64,000 nucleotides of DNA from the NCBI GenBank assembly GCA_051362555.1, contig CM120649.1, forward strand, positions 14,136,001 to 14,200,000. The letters run 5' to 3'. Both the position numbers and the translations under genes were made by a program. Source of the stretch: Lingula anatina. Taxonomy: Eukaryota; Animalia; Brachiopoda. The notes beneath the pieces were generated by a model. The model made no database searches, was not told where the DNA came from, and saw only the letters and a list, made by a program, of their open reading frames with translations. Below, piece after piece: positions 24,362-38,363 of the stretch; position 1 is the stretch's first letter, and each line of letters starts with the position of its first letter.

Positions 24362-26572
24362 AATGGATAACACGCAGATACTGGCAGATATAACCGTATT
24401 CTATTTCAAACGTATTGGTTTGAATGGCTTGAATGGAGAGAAGTGATGCAGTGGCATTTCCCTATAAAGCGCACAGTTTATATCTCAAAATCGTTTTCCT
24501 TTTCCAAGGTTTCTTCCTTTTCAATTTTTTTTAGATCTGGCAATCTGATCAGACTGCTAGATGCACCCATTCCTTGTGTTGGCTTTTTTGTACTTGATAG
24601 AAATTTAGCAGATATTTTAAAATTATTCATTTTAGTCTTGCAAGGATACGCATTGGAGTCATGCAATGGAATAATTTCCTCTGAATTTTTTAAATATAGG
24701 TATTCGTTTCATAACATTGGCACCAAATGGATGGGGTAAAAGTTTACAGACGTGATGGAGAAAAAAAAAGTACGCAATTCAGTGGTAAATTCATGTAATA
24801 TATGTCATAAAATATGACATTATATATCTGTATGTTTAACATGTTGGCAGTCAAGAAAATACAACTTCATTTATTGTGCTGGATGATTTTTCTTTTTTTT
24901 AAGAAAGAGAGAAACTGAACAAGGCGTACACTTACTGTTTTATCTGTGGTTTTCATAATGGAAATTAATGTATCAACTCTGCTCGAAGCAGGTACGATAC
25001 TTTTTTTTGTCATCCTGTCACAGCTTCTGCCGTAGGTTTCATCTACATAGCAACCATTTACACGGGGAGTGAGATCCTGAAAATACTGTATGCTTTCAAT
25101 TAATGTGCATCGTTGCCTACCTCCTCAAGATCTAGCCTCTACCAGGGCCGCAGATTAATAATGTACACTTCTTTCTGACAGCAGATAGTTGCGTCATGAA
25201 TTAGCAAGAGACGTATCTGTGAATATGTTATAATAAATTAATATGTCATCCTAGTAGGTCACAGTACAAAAGGTAGATACGGTTCAAAATAATTACATGA
25301 CTGTTGATTTAATTAAAAAATGCACAATATCTGCGTTTCAGTGCTACTTACAGCTTCAGTAAAATGATTTTAGAAGTAGGCACAATTAGCAGGAAAAAAG
25401 GCAAAACCTAAAATCGGTGCTGCTCATTATATTAAGATATTACGACATAAGAAGACTAAAACGCTCAGTTTGTGATGAAGTTAAATTTAAATTCCGTTTC
25501 AACTGACATGTTTTAAGATCATAGGAAAAGTCACTTCCCACATCATCATTGTGCTTAGTAGGCAGCACATTCCATAGAATGAGGGTAGTCAATCAAGTAA
25601 CAATTACAAACTTAATGAGGTGCGCATGGGTACATATACAGTAACCTTTTACCTCTACCATGCTTAAAGCATTACAATTTTAGATTATCCACTGGCAACC
25701 TGGGGATCAGAGAAGTTTTATGAGAATTAACGTATATCTTCGTGAGGTTGCAGCATTTTGCACAGCCTGCATATTAAGTTATTCTGTCAGATGCTCCAGG
25801 TGGTCAGACACATGTAAGTAAGCAGTTGTTAAAGACAAAATGAGAGGTTACAAATGTTTGTATATGCTATACCATTTGGTTTTAGTTTTAAACGTGATAT
25901 TTTGTTGAATTTTTTGTGGGGCCACGGAAAACTAATTTACTTAATCATCAACTCATTATTTAATTCATATACAAATCGATAAATTACTTCAATAATTGAT
26001 TAATTAATTTTCGCGATAATATAACCCATTACTGAACTGACTTGAAAATTTAATTGAAACCACTCCATAATATTTTAGCATGATGTTCCTGAACGGTAGG
26101 CAAACGAATAAATTAACAAATAATTAACCAGTCAAATCTAATTGTTTATTACTTAGTTCCCCTAACGATAGTTAAAAAAAAAACATTGAAATCCACCTTC
26201 AACCGAGAGACTGCCCCCAAAACAGAGTGTGCGCTTATTTTATTTTATTTTACTTTACTTTATTTTATTTTATTTTATTTTACAACAAAATCGGTAACTC
26301 TGCCTTTAAAATGATTCATCACGGTGCACAACTGGAACAAATGACCCCATATCTAATAAGTTACGATTCTACCACGCGTCATTTAATGGACTGAAACCAC
26401 ACGTTTTTCGTGCTTTATTTAACAAGGTGACATTTGAAAGATGTACATAAGCCGTTGTTTCCGAAGCTTTAACTTAAACGGACTCGAGCGAATATTGAGT
26501 CTGGTACAGGTTGAACACATTCTTCAGAGCTGACCACAGTGAGACGGCCAATTTGAGAGACGAACCGCAATC

Positions 26573-29500
26573 ATGAAACTTTCTCTGTTTCTTGCCTCCA
26601 TGCTTTTGGCTCTTTTAGCGTTAGAGCAGGTCGATGCCCATGATGCCAATGATGCCAATGAGACAGACAAGATACCACCTGGAGTGAAGTTTGAGAAGGA
26701 AAAAATTCCTGAAAACCGAAGACTAAAGAACATAAAGAAGGAAAATCCCGCAGAAATGAGAAAAATGATGAGGGAAAAAGGATTGATAGACATCTCCGAG
26801 GAGAAAGGTTTAGGTACGTTTCAAACATTTGTTATTAAAAAGAAAGTTTTGTCACTTTCCAACTAGTCTAATTCAATCTTACGGCAATGTTAAAGTCTGG
26901 CTCGCCATTTGATATTTTGCTCACCATTATTGTTATGCCAATTTATGCGAAATTTATACTAAGCGTTATAAAGAATTAAACAGATAATCTCGATATGCGT
27001 GAAACACAATTCTTCATATAGCTTTGAAAATCCAATTTTAATTTACATTAAGTGTATTTATTAATGGGCATTTATAATTTTCAATATTTCGTGTCAGTTA
27101 TCGCTTAAAATGTACCAATATTTTACATGTCAAACAATTGGACTATTTGAAATTATAAGCACATTTGTGTTTCAATTATACTGCCTTTTCGTCGTTGATA
27201 TTTACTATCATGTGTGTATTTGTTTTCCATTATCATTTATATATGGTATAAGGCTTGGTATATAATATGATTAATTAGATAGAGAATTTGTTACACTTTT
27301 ATCAATATTGTGTATTTCTCATGCCCTTGAATTCTAAACCATCTAATTATCAAAGTTTTGGTTATCATTTTACATTTGCAATAGGTATTTATAAATATAT
27401 GATATCATATCGATAGCTGATTTAATAAATTTATCAAAGTTTTTGTCATTACATTGGATTTCTGGTGACACTGTTGTTTGGTGTAATTTATTCGTCAAAT
27501 GTATTTTTAATCATTAGTGTGTATTTCTTGTACCGCTGGTAAAGCCTCGGTCACAACCGGACGCACGAATTTCATTGCAGGCCGTGGAGTTCGTATATAG
27601 AGGTAGAGAAAATGTTTCAATGGAAAGGCGCAAGTCTGCCTTGCGAGTTGCAAGGGCCACGTGAGATGTTCTTTCAAGCCGGGACGCTAACTGCAAGGTG
27701 CGTTGGCCTTGGAAATTGAACTCATTTTTTGAGTTCATTTTGCTACTTGCGTATGTGGCACGCACTCAACACTTACAAGAGAATGCAATGTACGGCGAAA
27801 GCAGTTCCCTTTTGCGTCATTTTTGCTTCACACTTAAACACGCTTGTAATGACGTGCTGATGGCGAGCGTCAGTTTGCCTCCTGTTCTCCCCTTCTTTCT
27901 TTTACCTCATGCCTTCTTTTCTACTCTCTTAGATTCTTTCCCTTGTCTTTTGGAGGCATAGAATTGAGCTAAATTTGATATTTTTGTAAATTGTTGTACA
28001 CGTTGCACAATCGACGTTCATTGTCGAGGCACGAAAGTCCACCGTGAGCACGCCTTTTATACTTCAGCCGTGGGGGTGACGCACGTGCGACGCATTTTTG
28101 CTGTGCTTTTGACTTTTTACGTCAGCTGTGAGGGCGTGCGCCGTAATCAGCTCGCAAAGGGCACTTACTCCTTCCTTGTTTGCGACGTGCGTCTTGTACC
28201 ACGCACTTCTCACTTGCGAATTCCTTGCGAGGGGAGAAAGTTACGCTTGCGGCCTCGCTGTCCGCAGATTATTCGTAGAATCTTTTGGACATGTCCAATA
28301 TCCTCCGTACGCGCTAACGAACTGGAAATTTCGTAAGAAGAACCTGCGTGGGACGTGAGATTCTGCGGAAAATTTGAACGCAAACAGCCCGTAAGAGCCC
28401 GTACGGCCGGTTGTGACCGAGGCTTAATTGATATCTTGTTAATATTCTTTCTAGTGCGGCTGATCACTGCTAAGGATGGTTCTAACGTTCCCAACCAGTA
28501 TATTGCCCATCTTAAGCCTTGCGGAAAGTATGGAAAAAGTAGGTGCATCTAAAAAAAAGTTATTTCATTAGTACAATTAGCTTAATTTTAGTATCGTTGT
28601 GTACAAGACTAGAAAATTTATTTTTAAAAATCCATATACCCGATAAAAGATGAAATAAAAGAACTGGGTTACTGGAACGTATTGTCTTAACTACACGTAT
28701 ATGTATTAGGGCAATCGTATATGAAAAGTATTTAGGGTCTGATCCCTACATGCCATGTGAAACAAATTTTAGTATTGTTATCAAAAGTTATCAATTTTTG
28801 GCAAAAAAGTGAAATAATCGACCAAAGGATATTTTCAAGACTGTCTGTAAAGACACTAAATTTCTAATACATATTCAGTCTATGTGTTTTTTTCATGACA
28901 TATAGCTTAGTACTGTTGTGACCGGATTAGGGTTATAGTCGAAGTATTGGGGTTGGTATATGGAACGAATGCCATCTGTACAAAGTAATGGGGAATGCAT
29001 CGTGGTTTCTATCGGAATAACAATGTTGTGCAATGTTCTGTATTTATGCCGCAGAGAAGCACCAAAGAGACAAGTTCAGATAAGTTCGTAACCTAGTCAA
29101 TTATTTATTACTAAACGATACATTTCTTTACCCAACCAAAATATTTTTGTGAGACAAATTTAAAGCCTCCCCCCCCCAAAAAAAAAAAAATAACAATAAC
29201 TAAACCCAATTTCCACCCAAATAGATGGCGAAAATCTAGGGCGATTAATCTGAAAACGAAATAAGTAAAACATATACATGTAAGCACATAACAAATTATT
29301 ACCTGCTTGTGGATGAGTCCGCTCTCTGGTGCAAAGTGCTATCACTTTTATTTACCAAAATCGATTACTAACTAATCGATTTAACATCCATTTCAGTTCG
29401 CAAAATCTTGAAAGGAAGAGGTTCCCAACAAAGAGTAAAGTTCAACAACAAAGATAGCTACGTCATACTTAGGAATATAAGTGCTAGGTATGATATGTGA

Positions 29501-29674
29501 GGTCATTCCTTATCTGTGGTTCAGCTTGTAATGGCAGTTTTATTTACGAAATGACTGTTATTCAGAATTTGCTTCATAATATCTTCATTTATACATTGTA
29601 TTTTTATCCAATGTGATTTAAAGATATCACATTAAAATTTTATTAATTTGTATGTTTTCCGGAAGACATTCCAC

Positions 29675-29727
<53 letters not shown>

Positions 29728-31404
29728 CCATATTTGTGTGTTATGTTTTACCGTTGCTAATGTACTTCTTATTTTCACCAGTGACCTCCAAAAGCTTCGC
29801 CAACTTACTGACGTCTTTGATGAGATCGAACAAGATAAAAAAATGTCGTTTGATCGAAGTCATTGTGAAGGATATTTCAGGGCCGACACTACATGGGTAA
29901 CTGTTTCTCTCTTCAACAGACCCTTATAGCTGTTGTACTAGTTCCTTTATTGGTTGAAGAACATTTAATCAATTTTACAACAGCTATAGGGGACTGTGGT
30001 GGAGAGATTGTCAGTTTAAGAGAATTCATACTCGTATTTTGTTTTGTGCGCTTGTATTATTTTTTAATGTTGCATATTTTATCTGATTCACCAAGCGACT
30101 ATGTACAGCTCTCCTTGGCTCCTTTCCTTCAATCTCTTTCATGACTGCAGATGGTATTGTGTCATTTTACTTAAGTATAGAAATGTTGTAAGAAAAATAT
30201 ATACAAGGCTATACAGATCTCCGTCAAGGACAGGCCATAACAAACGAATTTGTTTTTTTGATGCCTGGATTTTGTGATATTGCCATCAAGCCATTTCCTC
30301 CTAACTGTCTATCTTTTTCATCAGACTATATATATTTTGGTTAATAAGTCAAACTAAAGCCTATTTAAACGATATCCTGCGGCAGAGAAATGATTTATAT
30401 TGATATGACATCGCTTCTTTTTGATTCAGAATTTAGACAGAATAGACTATTATTATTGGGATGATGACCGTTTTGCTACCTGGGCGCTCGGTTCTGGTAT
30501 AGACGCATACGTCATGGACACTGGAATTAATCCTGATCACGCTGACTTCGAAGGAAGAGTGTCATCAGGTATGTGAAATTAAACAGAATATACATGACTA
30601 GGAGGTGGGCGGAGAGAGATAATGAATACAAAATTAGAAGAAAGGAGCCCTATCCTCGTCATTTTTTTTAAAAAAAATATTATTTCAGGCTGGCATGCAA
30701 GTCGTTTTTCCAATAGCAGAGACTACGATGGTCATGGTACCCATGTGGCCAGTACCTTGGGAGGTAAAACGTATGGAGTAGCCAAGGAGGTGAACATCAT
30801 CCCAGTCAAGGTATGCGACTCTGAAATCTGTTATACTTCGGACATCGTGGAAGGACTTTACTGGATAAAGTCAAGGGTTCAACGATACAAGCGTCTATCA
30901 ATAGTTAATATGTCACTCGGTGGTCCGTATTCATCCTATATGAATAACGCTGTATACGCGGTATTGTATGCAGGCATCCCAGTGGTAGTCAGCGCTGGAA
31001 ATAAACGCAAGGACGATGCATGTGATTATTCCCCGGCAAGCGTAAGGTGGGCCCTTACAGTTGGCGCCACCAATGAAGATGATTACGTGGCTTCATTTAG
31101 TAACATCGGACATTGTGTCGACATTTACGCTCCAGGGACGAATATAAGGGCTGCCTACTACGCACACAAGTACGGTTGGCTTGAGATGGGTGGGACGTCA
31201 ATGGCGTCCCCTCTCGTCGCAGGTGCAGCCGCAGGAATGGTGCAGGTTTTCCGCGACGCTGGGTATTATAGAGTCCCGACGGTAAGCCTTGTTGATGACA
31301 TCAACTATTATATCATCAAGTTTGCAGAGAAGGGCACAGTGAGGGGTCTCCCGTCAACAAACAACAACAATGTTATGCTTCAAACCATGTGCCTTACTAC
31401 CTGA
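26573..31404 (+). CDS. Secreted S8A proteinase-K-like protease, copy 2, about 461 aa
   Basis: Exons 26573-26813, 28455-28538, 29397-29487, 29782-29896, 30430-30568, 30689-31404. Same phases as copy 1, with DTG, HGTH, SAGN and GTSMASP intact. Confidence 0.93.
27543..28424. mobile_element. Non-autonomous PIF/Harbinger-like TIR element in S8 copy 2 intron 1
   Basis: Perfect 18-bp TIR agcctcggtcacaaccgg / ccggttgtgaccgaggct, TAA target duplication, absent at the paralogous site about 43832. Confidence 0.88.
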
Positions 31405-33640
31405 ACCTGACCTCCCAACATTCTACGAATGAACGATAAACAAACTAGATGACTGCAGTAGCTTCTTAAAACTTTCCTTTAATATATCTTCCTGGAAATG
31501 TGGTCTGCTTTCAATGTTTCTAATAGTTAATTGTCACAGTTTTTTTTTTTTTTTGGTAATATGTTTTAGGAAGTAGTGAGGTTAAGAAATCTACAGTAGT
31601 TATAATAGGAGTTTCTTAGCGGAATGCTACAGGTAGGTTGGAACACTTCCTTCTGCACTGGTTATATTAACAAGCATATCAACTGCTTAGAACGTATAGA
31701 ACCAGAATACACAGATGTGTTTGGAGCTTTAGATTTATTTTTAATGGACTATCGTCTAAACAAAATATCCCGTCTACAAGTTTTAAAACTCGGTGTTTTT
31801 TGACGTCAAGTATTTTAAGGGTGCGGGGTGATACTGATGATGTTAGAACGTTTGCATGTCATCTATTATTCACGAATATACACAACCTTTTAGTGCAGCA
31901 GCCAGTTTGCATTAATCTAGCTTCACTGATATAGTTTGAAAAGGCGCTTCTAACTCTCAATAGCGATATTCCACTTGTGAAATTAAATGTGAGATTTATA
32001 AAGCACGCTAGGTGGCGTCTTATTTCTGTCCTGTACTTCAACTGCTAATAAAAAAAATGCACGCAAAAGTTTGTAATTGTAACCTTTTTACTTTTCTATC
32101 GACACTGAATTCTGTTGTGCAATTGAAAGACATTAATTAAGTGATACATAAAAATATAGCCTATTTGTTAAATGCCTGCAGTTTTGATACAAAAGATCGA
32201 AATTCAAGATCACACAAAGATGCGGTTACTGTAGACCGCTAGGTGCCATTGATTTCTACCAGAAGACCATAGAGTAACAACAATGATTAATAATGACAAT
32301 AACAATTGTAAAAGAATATTTTGGAAAGTATCTTCAAAGGAATAATATGCTGAATAGTCGAGATTTTACTAGACACGATGCCGAGATAAGTTTAAAGGGA
32401 TACTTTACTCCTTCAATCCTTTTTGATATTATACTATATAGCTAACTAACAAATAAGACAAACACAAAAAGATTCATTCAAGTCTCGTGTGACATTAAAT
32501 GATACGAAGTCTCCTATCTAACAGAAATACTTACGACGTTTCTAACACCCAAAATGGCGAGAGGTAAAATTCTTCGTGTTTGAGAAGATTTGGCCACAAC
32601 TATCTTGACATCCGGTGTGTGGCGATCGTGTAAACAGAACGATATTTAACATGTGTAAAAGTACAAAGATAATTCAAGTGATTATGTTTATGACAAATTT
32701 TAACCGCAACGCTTGAAATATACTGCATTTTCCTATTATGTATTTGAGTAAATTGGACATTCCTGCTAATTCGTAACTTTACAGCGTTTCAGTCCAGGCT
32801 TCTGAGTAACACGTGTACATAGACTTTAATCATATGCATGAAAAAATCTGCAATTTGAACATCAGTTTAAAAGGTATAAAAAAACCATATATTAAAAATT
32901 AAGTTATGCATGCAAATGTCTTTTTTTAATAACATGTTACCGAAAGTTTCATTTATTATTGTAATTTGTCCCGAGAGGAATTCATGGTGTACTTCTTGAC
33001 TTGAAAATCATATCTAACAGGGTCGCATTCATCCAGACGTCTAGGCTTTCTCAATAGCTTCTCATGAGATGTGAAATCTATGCTCATCTGAAGCAATACA
33101 TTCCTTGGACTTATGATGACGTTATACACTGTTAAACTGCATTATGCTCGTCATATGTACCACAAGAAAGTCTTGCACTTCAGTCTGCAAATAGGATCAG
33201 CGGTTTCAACTGTCACTATGCTTGCACAAAACAGACGAAAACATCTGCCTTTAACATTTTCTCATATTATATTTCAATTCTCAAAATTTCGTCAACCCCG
33301 AAAATAGTGCTATATAAGACATTTTTAACGTGTTTCATTTGTGCCTAGTGTTGCGGACGAGACGGTGATAGAAGCAACAAGAACGAAGAAAATAAATAAA
33401 TAAATAATTTAATAGCGAATAAATGGTTACAAAAAATTGAATGAAAATAAAATTAAACCAAATCGAAATGGATCGCTGTCGGTTGGACTGCTATCGAGAG
33501 ATACCACTGTCGTAAGCCGCCGGGATGACTGCTGGGCCGTGGGCAGATGAGTGGCGCAGGAGTCGAGTAGACCGATATCGAGCCGCCGGGGTGACCGTCG
33601 AGTCTTGGGCAGATGAGTGGCGCAGGAGTAGACCGCTGTC

Positions 33641-34024
33641 GAGCCGCCGGGGTGACTGCGGAGTCGTAGGCCGGTGCGAGGCGCTGGAGTGAACCGCTGC
33701 TGTCGAGCCGCCGGGGTGACCGCGGAGTCGTAGGCCGGTGCGAGGCGCTGGAGAGAACCGCTGCTGTCGAGCCGCCGGGGTGACCGCGGAGTCGTAGGCC
33801 GGTGCGAGGCGCTGGAGAGAACCGCTGCTGTCGAGCCGCCGGGGTGACCGCGGAGTCGTAGGCCGGTGCGAGGCGCTGGAGAGAACCGCTGCTGTCGAGC
33901 CGCCGGGGTGACCGCGGAGTCGTAGGCCGGTGCGAGGCGCTGGAGAGAACCGCTGCTGTCGAGCCGCCGGGGTGACCGCGGAGTCGTAGGCCGGTGCGAG
34001 GCGCTGGAGAGAACCGCTGCTGTC
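33641..34024. repeat. 64-bp GC-rich minisatellite in the BEL 3' LTR (6 units)
   Basis: Unit gagccgccggggtgaccgcggagtcgtaggccggtgcgaggcgctggagagaaccgctgctgtc starts at 33641, 33705, 33769, 33833, 33897 and 33961. Confidence 0.95.
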
Positions 34025-34209
34025 GAGCCGCCTGTCGTTGCTACAAGCTGTGGTCGTCGGAGTGTGTCGATGCCGCACTGCATACCGCTGTAGATAACGT
34101 CCAGCTTATATAGCAGCTGGACGCAAAAAACTGCTCAGTTACGGTGTTGAATGCGTTCACTATTGGCAGAGTTCATTAAGTAGGGAAGTTGAGTAACTGT
34201 CGCTGACAT

Positions 34210-36857
34210 ACCCCCTCGCAGTAATACGACTAACTGGAAGCCTCTGTGAAACATGGACTCAATGTCTGCAGATAAACCAATGGATCCCCGTCGGAAGTTC
34301 AGTAGAACTGCTTTCAAACTGTTGAGGAGGTCTGGACCTGTAAGTAACTTGTCGTTCAGCGACGTCCCTGCATATCTGGCTGCACAGTCTTGAACGACTC
34401 TGGTCTTATTCGAAGTGTAAACGTCATGATGCGGCAAATACCAGGTGATGGGGCTCTGTGTATGGACTTCACTGTCTGTCATCTTTCTGGCATAACCTTT
34501 CTCCAGCCATGTGTTGATGATTTCAGAGTAGCTGCGGGATCGCTCTGGATTGGTTCTCAACTTGCGGCACAGGGACTGGTAACGCTTGAGAGCCGTTACG
34601 TAGTTTGAGGGTAAAACTGTATCTTCGTTTTTCCACAGCATTGGAACCGAGTAACGTCCAGATTTATAGCTGGTTTTCTGGTCAAGCTGGCTCTGGGCAT
34701 GTCTGTCATCTACGGAAGTTGCTGCATTGCCTTCAAACTTGCAACCAAATGATTCTGTCGTGAAAAATTTCTCAAGTTGATCAGCATCCCCTCTGTCAAT
34801 GGACTTGAAACTAGCGTGGAGGACGTGAAGACGGTGTTGTTTCGTAGTCGGGTCTGCCAATCTTCCAAGAAGTGACCAACCAAGACCAGTCTTTATAGCT
34901 ATGGGAGTTCCCGGAGGACCACGTCTGATGTCTGTCTGGACCATGATGTCAGGTACATCACCACCGATTAACAAGCCAATATCAGGGCAGTCTGGTAAAA
35001 CATCTTTCAGATCTCGGAGGTGTGGCAAATTGTTGATCTTGACGGAGCGTTGCGGGGGTATTTTCAACTTGTCTACCGCCCATGCCTGCTGGACTGGGAA
35101 AGAGGCATCATTGTCTTCAATGGCTGAGGAAATGGTGAAGCTGACTAGCTGTGCTCGCTGGCAATCTTCATCTCGAGTTACTGTTCCCATCTGTAGGATC
35201 TCCATTGGACCAGACAAGTTGAGCTGACTGGCTAAATCACGGCGTATCATAGTTAGTTGGCTTCCACAGTCTAGTAAGGCACTAGTGTTGATCTTCTCAC
35301 CGGTGGGTGACATCACGATCACAGGAACAACTTGCAGATAAACTTCAGAATTAGGATTTTGCGTAGCAAAGGATCTCTTGGGTTGAGCTTTTTCAGTTGC
35401 TGACGGGGCCTGTACTTCTGCCTGCACTGCACTGGAAGATACACACGTGGACCGAGGGTGGTAAACTTCCTGTGGGACGCCATGGAGAGTTGTGTGATGT
35501 CTCTTGTTGCAATTATCAGCTCTGCAGCGCCCAGGGGAGGTACAATCAGATGCAATGTGTCCTGGCCGTAGACAATTCCTGCAAAGTCGATGGGAATTGA
35601 CGCATTCAAACCGTTTCTTTGTTGTCATTGCTAGATAAAGTTCACACTTGTAAAGTGCATGGAGACATCCACAAACAACACAGGTGGACTGCGAAGAGGG
35701 TCTCGAAGATGGCGTCTTGGAGAATGGATGGTCAACAGGTTTTCTCTCCTCAGGAACAGGCTGAGTAGTGTGAAAGGAGGACGCTTTACGACTTCTGGGT
35801 TGAACCGTCTCATAAACATCTTCTGCGAGGAGTGGATCAAATAGTGAAGTTACTCTGTCTGATAACCAGCCTTCCAAATCTTCTAGAGTTGGTTCGTGGG
35901 TTGCTCGCAGAATACGGCAGCACTCAGCCCAACGTTCTCTCATACGTAGTGGGAGGCGAAGTGTACAACGTCGTACCGTGTCCAAATTCATGACGTCTGC
36001 TTGATAATTCATCCGCTTTAGAACAAAAATACAGTCTCGGATGTTGACATAAAACGATTCAAGTTGTACCTGGTCCCGGTCCTTGATTGTTGGGCCATCT
36101 GTCACTCGTTCCAAAAATGCTCGGGCCACCAGCGATCTATGTCCGAATCTGTGTTTTAGAGCTTTCAAGGCTATGGCATATGCTGCACCATCGATTCCAT
36201 ATCCCGCGATATGTTGTTTTGCTTGACCAGTTACACTGCTCTGTAGTAACCACATGCGCCGGGTATCCTTAAAATAGGGTTGCTTGTGTACTTCTTCGTA
36301 AAATAGTTCAGCAAACCTTGGCCAGTCTAGTGCAGACCCGTTGAATGGCGATATGGAGGCTCGCGGAGCATCCTTCTCGAACATGCACTTCAGAAGTAAT
36401 TCTTCATAAGACTTGTCTGAATCACTGGGTGTGGCTAAAACAGTCTCACTATATGGAACAAGTTCATCAATCCATGCGTCTATTGGGCTGGGGTAGGTGC
36501 GACGGGAACATCATGGACTTGAGGCTCTTGGGATTGAGGCTGTTGAATTGGCTGCGGCTGTTCCTTGGTCACTTGTATAACCTCGGAGATTTCTCCCAAA
36601 CAATCTGCGCAGGTTTCTTCAACGTCAGCAAACCAGATCTGGGCGTCTGTGATGGCCGTTTCATCTTCCAGAATGTCGATGTATTTCAAGTTAGCAGTTT
36701 CGCATTCCTTTTTTAGAGTAGTTATTTCGTCTTTCATCTCCGACAACCGATGTTTTCTAGTGGATTCATCGTGGATGAGCTGTCTTGCTTTCAGCACACG
36801 TTTAGTGAAGGCAGCCAGGCGTCCGGTTCTTGCGGCTTTCAATCTCCGTTCATCCAT
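34210..36857 (-). pseudogene. BEL/Pao gag-protease-partial RT polyprotein, frameshifted and truncated
   Basis: ATG at 36857 (MDERRLKAAR) with a frame break near 36480-36560. Triple Cys-His knuckles (CVVC..H..C, CRNC..H..C, C..C..HH..LH), protease LLDCGSQ, and RT start WYLPHH...DCAA...SLND.LLTGPDL...ADIESMFH. It then jumps at about 34245 to the element end, so the rest of RT, RNase H and integrase are missing. Confidence 0.88.
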
Positions 36858-37182
36858 GCCGTAGGTGTTGAAATCCGGCTCGCGAGACCAATGTTGCGGA
36901 CGAGACGGTGATAAAAGCAACAAGAACGAAGAAAATAAATAAATAAATAATTTAATAGCGAATAAATGGTTACAAAAATTGAATGAAAATAAAATTAAAC
37001 CAAATCGAAATGGATCGCTGTCGGTTGGACTGCTATCGAGAGATACCACTGTCGTAAGCCGCCGGGATGACTGCTGGGTCGTGGGCAGATGAGTGGCGCA
37101 GGAGTCGAGTAGACCGATATCGAGCCGCCGGGGTGACCGTCGAGTCTAGGGCAGATGAGTGGCGCAGGAGTAGACCGCTGTC

Positions 37183-37749
37183 GAGCCGCCGGGGTGACTG
37201 CGGAGTCGTAGACCGGTGCGAGGCGCTGGAGAGAACCGCTGCTGTCGAGCCGCCGCGGGGTCGTAGGCCGGTGCGAGGCGCTGGAGAGAACCGCTGCTGT
37301 CGAGCCGCCGGGGTGACCGCGGGGTCGTAGGCCGGTGCGAGGCGCTGGAGAGAACCGCTGCTGTCGAGCCGCCGGGGTGACCGCGGAGTCGTAGGCCGGT
37401 GCGAGGCGCTGGAGAGAACCGCTGCTGTCGAGCCGCCGGGGTGACCGCGGAGTCGTAGGCCGGTGCGAGGCGCTGGAGAGAACCGCTGCTGTCGAGCCGC
37501 CGGGGTGACCGCGGAGTCGTAGGCCGGTGCGAGGCGCTGGAGAGAACCGCTGCTGTCGAGCCGCCGGGGTGACCGCGGAGTCGTAGGCCGGTGCGAGGCG
37601 CTGGAGAGAACCGCTGCTGTCGAGCCGCCGGGGTGACCGCGGAGTCGTAGGCCGGTGCGAGGCGCTGGAGAGAACCGCTGCTGTCGAGCCGCCGGGGTGA
37701 CCGCGGAGTCGTAGGCCGGTGCGAGGCGCTGGAGAGAACCGCTGCTGTC
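37183..37749. repeat. 64-bp minisatellite in the BEL 5' LTR (8 full units + one 55-bp unit)
   Basis: Units start at 37183, 37247 (short), 37302, 37366, 37430, 37494, 37558, 37622 and 37686. Confidence 0.95.
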
Positions 37750-37969
37750 GAGCCGCCTGTCGTTGCTACAAGCTGTGGTCGTCGGAGTGTGTCGATGCCG
37801 CACTGCATACCGCTGTAGATAACGTCCAGCTTATATAGCAGCTGGACGCAAAAAACTGCTCAGTTACGGTGTTGAATGCGTTCACTATTGGCAGAGCTCA
37901 TTAAGTAGGGAAGTTGAGTAACTGTCGCTGACACCTAGTTTCACTTGATCTGTAATAATCTTCAACGTG

Positions 37970-38363
37970 TTATTTGAACTTGTGTTCTTGTAAGGGGGCG
38001 GCAAGTGTCGGATCAGGAAGAGGCTTGGTGAACCCGTCCTTTCCTTGGAGCCAGAATGTCTGCTGAGAGTCTATCTAGTTGTTCAAAGTTACTGCATATA
38101 TAGATACATGTGAAAGTATTTTGATTAACTTGTATCCGTAACGCTAAGTGAAAGAATAAAGAACATAGAATCAATACGGAAGCCAACTTATACTAAACAA
38201 GGAAAATCGATTATAAGGTGATAATGCCAGTGTCTGCAAATGAACGTCACTGGACAAGAATTACCTAAGCCGTTAGACTTCAAACGAGAGGCAGTGTTAA
38301 CCGTATCTCCAAATAAACAGTATCTAGGCATCTTCAATCCGACTACGCCTGCCACTACGGGAC
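37970..38363 (-). pseudogene. Duplicated 3' fragment of the guanylyl cyclase gene (last three exons, two partly deleted)
   Basis: 38265-38363 encodes [33 protein letters not shown]. The penultimate exon is reduced to about 13 nt, the last exon lacks its acceptor, and no upstream exons are present. Confidence 0.9.

Larger units (their letters stand above)
33349..37933 (-). mobile_element. BEL/Pao LTR retrotransposon, internally deleted
   Basis: LTRs 36892-37933 (5') and 33349-34208 (3') with TGT...ACA ends and 5-bp TSD CCTAG. PBS TGGTCTCGCGAGCCGGA resembles the tRNA-Tyr PBS of BEL elements, and the PPT is GAGGGGG. Empty paralogous site at about 50805. Confidence 0.93.

Noticed and set aside
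27514-28548. Several short ORFs as a possible transposase or nested gene
   Set aside because: No recognisable motifs. They lie within a GC-richer non-autonomous TIR element.
33427-34083. Long repetitive ORFs in the BEL LTRs (also 37033-37808)
   Set aside because: They are a by-product of a stop-free GC-rich 64-bp repeat read through all three frames, with no protein-like features.
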